From IMG/VR virus record IMGVR_UViG_2563366825_000024: DNA of 16,481 nucleotides; one strand, written 5' to 3'. Within the stretch, counting starts at the first letter, position 1. Every line of letters starts with the position of its first letter. The stretch comes from a virus. Taxonomy: Duplodnaviria > Heunggongvirae > Uroviricota > Caudoviricetes. A program made the position numbers and the translations under genes. Positions 8,908 to 16,481 of the stretch are shown piece after piece. The notes under the pieces are model-generated. The model made no database searches. It had not been told where the DNA came from and worked only from the letters and a program-made list of their open reading frames with translations.

Positions 8908-8963
8908 ATCGGCTGAACCTCAGCAACCAGTTGACGGGGACTTTCGTCCCCGTCGCGGTTTTC

Positions 8964-9104
8964 CTACTGCTTACACTGTAAGAACGCCGCAAACTCCGCT
9001 CCCCACAAATTCAGCCGGAACTCACACAACGAGCCGTGTAACATCCAGATGGTGAAGATTACCGTCATACAAATTGTGACGGTGATGAGCGATTTTTGCG
9101 ACAT
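8964..9104 (-). CDS. Hok/Gef-family-like type I toxin, 46 aa small membrane protein (MSQKSLITVTICMTVIFTIWMLHGSLCEFRLNLWGAEFAAFLQCKQ)
   Basis: Not in the ORF track (below its size cutoff). ATG at 9102-9104 with AGGAGG (plus 9113-9118) 8 nt upstream; stop TAG at 8964-8966. N-terminal hydrophobic helix, then SLCE-x-R ... E-x-AAF-L-x-CK, which matches my recollection of the Hok/HokA/PndA pattern. Confidence 0.6.
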   Translation of the reverse strand: MSQKSLITVTICMTVIFTIWMLHGSLCEFRLNLWGAEFAAFLQCKQ

Positions 9105-9288
9105 AGCGCTTGCCTCCTGAGTGGAGAGGCGCTAACCTTCTACTTGCTTAAGGTATGATGGTTAGGGCCTCGGGTTAAACAAAATGTTTGACTCGGGGCC
9201 TTTCCACATCAGGCCTTCAGGTTCTCCCTCCAGCCATCAGCCGAAAGGCACCCGCGCATAATCTACGATTTTTGCCCTGCACGGGCAA

Positions 9289-9314
9289 CAAAAAACCCGC
9301 CATCACAGCGGGTT
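9289..9314 (-). terminator. Putative intrinsic terminator downstream of the Ail/Lom-like gene
   Basis: On the minus strand: AACCCGC-TGTGATG-GCGGGTT followed by TTTTTTG, about 23 nt after the TGA at 9337-9339. Confidence 0.5.
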
Positions 9315-9336
9315 ATGACATGTTGTCGGGTATTAC

Positions 9337-10074
9337 TCAGAATTTCAGGCCAATGCCTGCAAATAAACCATCAGTTTTCCAGTCGCCAGAGCCTGAGCTT
9401 TCATAAGTGACGTCCATAGTAACACTTTCATTGAAGTTAAATTGCGCGCCGACAGACCATGCAATAGACGTTTTTTTGGTGCTGTTACTTTCAGAAAAAC
9501 TACCGGCACCATGATTAAGATTGTCGTTAATTTTCAAGTCAGTGGTGACTTTTGCAACCCCCATGCCAGCCATTGCATACACACTGAGGTATTCGTTAAA
9601 CCGCCACGAAGGACCGGATAGTAGACTCCAGTAATTAGCCCTGATATCAGTTCTCGCTGAAGCTGCCGGGTTTTTTACCTCTCGTGATGGATCGGAAGGC
9701 TTAACATCAATAAATGCCTGCGCATTAGTCATGGAGCGCGCCCATGTAAAAGAGGCTATAACACCCAGTTCATCAGTTATCTCGTAACGATACCTGATGC
9801 TCATCCCCAGGGGGCTTTTGGCTGTGCCGTCATGCCCCCGGGCAATAGCATTTTCGTATTCAGCTGATGAATTAAAATGGTTTACGTTTACAACATTCCT
9901 GAACGTATCCCGGTTATAAACACCCGCGTCTCTAACAAAATCCTTCAGCCCGGGGAAGCGTATGTGTGCAAACCCGAGAGATACCGTACTATCGCCTGAT
10001 GCTGCATTTACCTGTGCAGTTAAGCAACTCATCACCAGAACTGCACACGCAAAAAATTTCATGATACTTTTCAT
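9337..10074 (-). CDS. Outer-membrane beta-barrel protein, Ail/Lom/PagC/OmpX-like (245 aa, longer than typical members)
   Basis: N-terminal signal peptide ending AQVNA-AS. Internal IRYRYE resembles the family signature; C-terminus GIGLKF ends in Phe as is typical for OMPs. True ATG at 10072-10074, second in-frame ATG 4 codons later. AT-rich. Confidence 0.65.
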   Translation of the reverse strand: MKSIMKFFACAVLVMSCLTAQVNAASGDSTVSLGFAHIRFPGLKDFVRDAGVYNRDTFRNVVNVNHFNSSAEYENAIARGHDGTAKSPLGMSIRYRYEITDELGVIASFTWARSMTNAQAFIDVKPSDPSREVKNPAASARTDIRANYWSLLSGPSWRFNEYLSVYAMAGMGVAKVTTDLKINDNLNHGAGSFSESNSTKKTSIAWSVGAQFNFNESVTMDVTYESSGSGDWKTDGLFAGIGLKF

Positions 10075-10153
10075 TTTAAGTATTTCTCTGAATTAAAGGA
10101 TGCGATGTCTGAAAGGAACGCTTTCGTTTTACACTATTAAAGTTTTTCTTACG

Positions 10154-10780
10154 CTAATCATATATTGAGGAATTAATAACCAGAACTTTATCTATATACG
10201 GCTTCCGAATATCCCATGTTGCACGACCGGAATAATGCTCACAGGAATATATTTTATTTCCTGTAGCCCCCGTTGATGTGGTGTAAATCGGTCGGTCATA
10301 AGGTGTACGCTGCCAGTTATAATACCCAACCAGTGCAGGCATAATTGCGCATGGATATCCAAGATCCTTCTCAAACTTGATATCAACTGGTATTAACTTC
10401 GCGTCAAGCAGCATCATTTCGCCATGGTAAATCATCTCACCCGACGGGTTATACATGGCAATACCATACTCAGAAGGTTGAGTAACCATATTCGCAAAAG
10501 CATAAACAGTCGTAACACCAGGATTCGTTCCCCTGACAATTTGATGAAGCCTTAAGGCATGATATCCATCAATCTGTTCATGTGTGTACATGACATCGGC
10601 CTTTTTCTCTGTTCTGATAAAGAAAAAACAACTTTTTCCTGACGGGATTGATGTTTTAAAAAAAGCCTTCTCAGTCGCCGGAATAGTTCCCTTATTGATC
10701 AGACACTGAGGCGTAAACCCCGGGCTTATCCACAAGCTGCCATCTGGTTTCGTAATGCTTAAACCATACATACAACTCAC
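10154..10780 (-). CDS. Hypothetical protein (208 aa from GTG 10780; 205 aa from first ATG at 10771)
   Basis: Track start is GTG, overlapping the TGA of the upstream 68-aa ORF. First ATG (10769-10771) has GGGGGTGA 5-6 nt upstream. Cys/Tyr-containing, no recognisable signal peptide or family. AT-rich. Confidence 0.5.
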   Translation of the reverse strand: MSCMYGLSITKPDGSLWISPGFTPQCLINKGTIPATEKAFFKTSIPSGKSCFFFIRTEKKADVMYTHEQIDGYHALRLHQIVRGTNPGVTTVYAFANMVTQPSEYGIAMYNPSGEMIYHGEMMLLDAKLIPVDIKFEKDLGYPCAIMPALVGYYNWQRTPYDRPIYTTSTGATGNKIYSCEHYSGRATWDIRKPYIDKVLVINSSIYD

Positions 10781-10959
10781 CCCCAGAATGTATAAATATA
10801 TGACCCCATCCCCTGCTCAAGATTCGACCACGTCACCGTATTGCCATTAATGGTTATCTTCGGTACTTTCCGGTCCTTAAATACATTATTCCACGGAAAT
10901 AATGAACAGACTGCCTGCAATGTTTTCCCTTCTGGTTTATTCGTATACGTTTTTGATCC

Positions 10960-10983
<24 letters not shown>
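10777..10983 (-). CDS. 68-aa ORF, possibly the 3' remnant of a gene interrupted by the adjacent IS3-family element
   Basis: ATG at 10981-10983 lies at the IS boundary. The same frame stays open upstream into the IS-derived sequence, so the native N-terminus may have been displaced. Stop overlaps the start of the 208-aa ORF. Confidence 0.4.
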
Positions 10984-13119
<2,136 letters not shown>

Positions 13120-14055
13120 ACAGCGTATTTTGCACAGGAGTCGCTGAAAAATACGCGTTAATCGAACAATGGCGACAACAATTTCCCATTGAAGCGATGT
13201 GTCAGGTATTTGGTGTATCCAGGAGCGGTTATTACAACTGGGTACAGCATGAACCCTCAGACAGAAAACAAAGTGATGAGCGGCTAAAACTGGAGATTAA
13301 GGTGGCACATATCCGCACTCGCGAAACATATGGAACCCGGCGGCTCCAGACGGAGCTGGCAGAGAATGGCATCATCGTTGGTCGTGACCAACTGGCACGT
13401 CTTCGTAAGGAGCTAAGGCTACGCTGTAAGCAGAAACGCAAGTTCAGAGCGACTACGAACTCGAACCACAATCTGCCAGTTGCGCCAAATCTGCTGAACC
13501 AGACGTTCGCTCCTACAGCACCAAATCAGGTCTGGGTGGCGGACCTGACGTATGTTGCCACACAGGAGGGATGGTTGTACCTCGCTGGCATCAAAGATGT
13601 TTATACGTGCGAAATTGTCGGCTACGCCATGGGAGAGCGCATGACAAAAGAGCTGACAGGTAAAGCCCTGTTTATGGCGCTCAGGAGCCAGCGCCCACCT
13701 GCCGGGCTAATCCACCACTCTGATCGAGGTTCACAGTACTGCGCATACGATTACCGGGTCATACAGGAGCAGTTTGGTCTGAAAACATCAATGTCGCGTA
13801 AAGGTAACTGTTACGACAACGCTCCGATGGAAAGCTTCTGGGGAACGCTGAAAAATGAGAGCCTGAGCCACTATCGTTTTAATAACCGGGATGAAGCCAT
13901 CTCAGTAATACGGGAATACATTGAGATTTTCTACAATCGTCAGCGTCGTCACTCTCGTCTGGGGAATATCTCCCCGGCAGCCTTCAGGGAAAAATATCAT
14001 CAGATGGCTGCTTAAAAAAAGAACAAATGGTAGTGTCCGCTATTGCCAGTACACC
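13120..14055 (+). mobile_element. Second, different IS3-family element, 5'-truncated (orfA replaced by IS30); right end approximate
   Basis: OrfB frame is open from the IS30 junction (NSVFCTGVAEKYALIEQWRQQFPIEAMCQVFGVSRSGYYNW...) to TAA at 14013-14015. DDE motifs HHSDRGSQYCA and GNCYDNAPMESFW. Sequence is distinct from the left-hand IS3-family copy. Confidence 0.7.
13197..14015 (+). pseudogene. IS3-family transposase OrfB segment (272 aa from internal ATG), no orfA present
   Basis: Track ORF. The upstream in-frame region lacks the OrfA frame and frameshift window, so a normal OrfAB transposase cannot be made. Confidence 0.7.
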
Positions 14056-15730
14056 TCAGAACCCCGTTCTCCAGCGGAGTGATTTTCACTCCTTTATCTG
14101 AAATATCAACATCCGGCAGCTCACCGGCAAGAGCCATTGCGTTAACTTCTTCCAGACGAGATGCAAGAAGCGTCATACGGGCCTGAAGATATGCATGGCA
14201 ATCAGTCTGCACAGCCAGTTGTAACTGGTCATTTTGTCGGGATTTATCAAATTCAGTGACCGGGATAAGATAATCATCAAAATTTCTGTAACGACGCGAC
14301 CCTTTTACCCAAATATCTCCGGAACGTAACGCCCCCTTGAGTTCATTCAGTACACAAAACTCATAGTATTTTCGATTGATGCCTGAAGGCGTTAATACCA
14401 GTTTTCGCCAGCTTTCAGGAATAAATGCTGTTGGCGCTGTAGGCGGAACGTTACGAAGCTGCTTACGGTATATTTCCCTTATAGTATCCAGTGCATCGCT
14501 GAGCGGCTGCGCCGCAGGTGTCGCTACAAACTGCAATGCTGACAACATTCGTGGAGCGTATTTTCGAAGTGTGCTGTATTTTTCGGTGATCAGGTGAAGA
14601 GGATCGAAATTACCTTTACGGGACAGCAACTGTGTTTCTTCCAGGCTGTTGACGAACTCCTGCCTGGGAATAACATCTTCTATCGCGGCCCAGGGATCTT
14701 CACCTGACTTTCTGGCATGCAGTAGCGCCTGACCGACAGTAACATATTGTCTTAACTTGCTCTGGATAAGTTTGCCTGTTAACTGAAGCCTCTCGGCTTG
14801 TGTGCGTTTTGCCTGGCTGAACAGACCGCCCATAATGCGTTCGTGTAGCTCGATAACTTCATCAGTCAATGTTGCTCTGGCTTCCTGAATGACACAAACC
14901 AGCGTAGCGTAACGTCTGATATCGGTGAATTTTGCCAGATCTCTGCTGCTCATTTTTCGGCCCTCACGCGCCAGTTTGAGTAATTTGTTCTGGTGAACGG
15001 AAAGCTCAATACCATCAGGTAATTCCAGCGCGGTGATAGAATTAAGTCGATCGATATGTTGCAGCACGTTTTTACCGTTAATTTTACCGGGAGGCTGAAG
15101 TAGCCACGCAAGTCGGGAAGGTTGTTCCCCTTCTGATATGAGCAGGCTGTCGAGTGCAGATCTATGCTGCTTTCCCAGTTGTGTCGTAAGTGCCGAAAAA
15201 ACAGATCTGTCAGCAAGTGTGACGGCTTCGGCAAGCGTCCGTTCGATCACATCAACCGACGGGAAAATAACATTATTGTTATGTAGCCAACTGAGCATTT
15301 CCTCCGCCAGAGTAAATCCTTTATCTGTTCGCATGGCATAGGAATGCAGATGCCGAATGCAGTCTTTTTGCAGAGTTCGGCTGAACGGAGATAATTTCAG
15401 GTAGCGATAAAGTTCAGCCAGATGCTCCCAGCGGGTTTGCTCTCTGGCTGCATATTCATGCCATAAATCGGGCTGAAGCTTCAGTCTTGAAGCAATTCTG
15501 GATACAACGCCACAGTGGGGAACATTATTTTTGTCCGGAACAAATCCAGGCCCACGCAGGTAACAGAGTAATACCGCAAAGCCCAGGCGATTAGCTGGAC
15601 GCCGGTGCTTATTAATGAGAGCAATATCTTTATCACAAAGAAAACACATTCTGGTCAGAATAATTTCATCATCTGGTATAACCAGCAGGCGAGCTTGCTC
15701 TTCACTACTCAGTATTTGTCGCCGTGGCAT
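14012..15730 (-). pseudogene. tnpA: Tn3-family transposase TnpA, N-terminal about 556 aa only; C-terminal catalytic region removed at the IS3-family junction
   Basis: Starts MPRRQILSSEEQARLLVIPDDE...ANRLGFAVLLCYLR, resembling Tn21/Tn3-family TnpA N-termini from memory. TnpA-like sequence stops near ...KITPLENG; the last 16 codons and the stop are encoded by the IS end sequence. Confidence 0.75.
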
Positions 15731-15890
15731 GAATGCTTCCCTCGTGTAAAGTTTTCATATGTTATGGATTTGTTGTGACCGAAAACGACCGGTTTCGGAC
15801 ATTGTTAAACAGATATATCCGAAAGTCAGCGAAATTACTTTCGGACATGCATTATAATATGTACACCTATTTCGTACAGAAGATCTCACT
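15731..15890. promoter_or_regulatory. res-like resolution site and divergent promoter region between tnpA and tnpR
   Basis: TTTCGGACAT occurs twice (15793-15802 and 15839-15848). Perfect 9-bp inverted repeat TCCGAAAGT/ACTTTCGGA (15818-15826 and 15837-15845) with 10-bp spacer; imperfect pair GACCGAAAAC/GTTTCGGAC around 15777-15800. Consensus-like TATAAT at 15853-15858, 33 nt upstream of the tnpR ATG. Confidence 0.6.
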
Positions 15891-16481
15891 ATGTCTCGAA
15901 TTTTTGCCTATTGTCGGGTTTCCACTCTGGAACAGACGACCGAAAATCAACGTCGGGAAATCGAAAGCGCGGGTTTTAACGTCAGACCCCAACGAATAAT
16001 CGAAGAACAAATTAGTGGCTCAGTAGCAACCAGTGAACGTCCTAGTTTTAACCGGTTGCTTGATCGTCTGGAAAGTGGCGATGTATTGATAGTCACAAAA
16101 CTGGATCGCCTCGGTCGTAATGCAATGGATATCAGGAAAACAGTGGAGCAACTGACCGAATCTGGCATCAGGGTGCATTGCCTGGCATTAGGTGGTGTTG
16201 ATCTGACCAGTCCGGCAGGAAAAATGACAATGCAAGTGATTTCAGCGGTCGCTGAATTTGAACGAGATCTTTTACTTGAACGAACTTATTCAGGGATAGC
16301 AAGAGCACGGGATGCAGGAAAACGTTTTGGTCGCCCACCGGTATTAAATGAAGAACAAAAACAGAAGGTACTCGAACGCATTAAGTCTGGGGCAAGTATA
16401 AGTGCTATTGCCAGGGAATTCCGAACCACACGGCAAACAATTCTGAGAGTTAGAGCGAAACAGCAAACTGTTACTGTATAG
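15891..16481 (+). CDS. tnpR: Serine recombinase, resolvase/invertase family (196 aa), probable transposon resolvase
   Basis: ATG at 15891, stop at 16479-16481. N-terminal catalytic motif YCRVSTLEQ, then LDRLGR and AEFER; C-terminal helix-turn-helix-like tail. Divergent from a Tn3-family tnpA across a res-like site. Confidence 0.8.
   Translation: MSRIFAYCRVSTLEQTTENQRREIESAGFNVRPQRIIEEQISGSVATSERPSFNRLLDRLESGDVLIVTKLDRLGRNAMDIRKTVEQLTESGIRVHCLALGGVDLTSPAGKMTMQVISAVAEFERDLLLERTYSGIARARDAGKRFGRPPVLNEEQKQKVLERIKSGASISAIAREFRTTRQTILRVRAKQQTVTV

Noticed and set aside
8831-9055. Plus-strand 74-aa ORF overlapping the hok-like locus
   Set aside because: It is antisense to the toxin ORF, which has a much stronger SD and a family-like sequence, and its own translation is Pro/Thr/Arg-rich and low-complexity. 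The antisense strand could still carry a regulatory RNA rather than a protein.
14376-15341. ORFs 14376..14597 +, 14950..15234 - and 15138..15341 + within the Tn3-family tnpA fragment
   Set aside because: They are antisense or off-frame relative to the TnpA reading frame, which has clear family-like sequence.
15733-15999. 88-aa plus-strand ORF spanning the res region and the start of tnpR
   Set aside because: It is in a different frame from tnpR and covers the repeat-rich regulatory region; the resolvase ORF starting at 15891 explains the coding signal.
15891-16481. Serine recombinase as a Hin/Gin/Pin-type DNA invertase controlling an invertible segment
   Set aside because: It is divergently arranged with a Tn3-family tnpA across a site with res-like paired half-sites, which fits a transposon resolvase better. 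No flanking inverted recombination sites were visible within the window. Not fully excluded.

Overview
This window is a mosaic, mobile-element-rich region with everything except the last two transposon genes on the minus strand. From left to right: (1) a giant open reading frame (1..5688, minus strand) that is open for 1896 codons and runs off the left edge of the window, carrying two HExxH zincin-like motifs and Gly/Ala-rich segments; (2) four tightly coupled upstream genes (420, 83, about 150 and 218 aa) sharing Gln-rich, coiled-coil and glycine-zipper character; (3) a 133-aa gene of unknown function and a 46-aa Hok/Gef-like type I toxin ORF (8964..9104) that is absent from the supplied ORF track; (4) a visibly AT-rich block with an Ail/Lom/PagC-like outer-membrane protein and two unknown ORFs, one apparently cut by an insertion sequence; (5) an intact IS30 flanked by two different, divergent IS3-family elements that both lack orfA; (6) a Tn3-family remnant with a truncated tnpA, a res-like site with repeated TTTCGGACAT half-sites, and an intact serine resolvase. 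No rRNA, tRNA or CRISPR was seen. The best candidate for an undescribed system is the five-gene minus-strand module ending in the giant HExxH protein, which may be a virion- or transfer-associated injected effector; I cannot assign it to a named family from sequence alone. All family assignments rest on reading the translations by eye and recalled family signatures, not on database searches. The ORF track translates GTG/TTG starts as M, so several start sites were re-examined.
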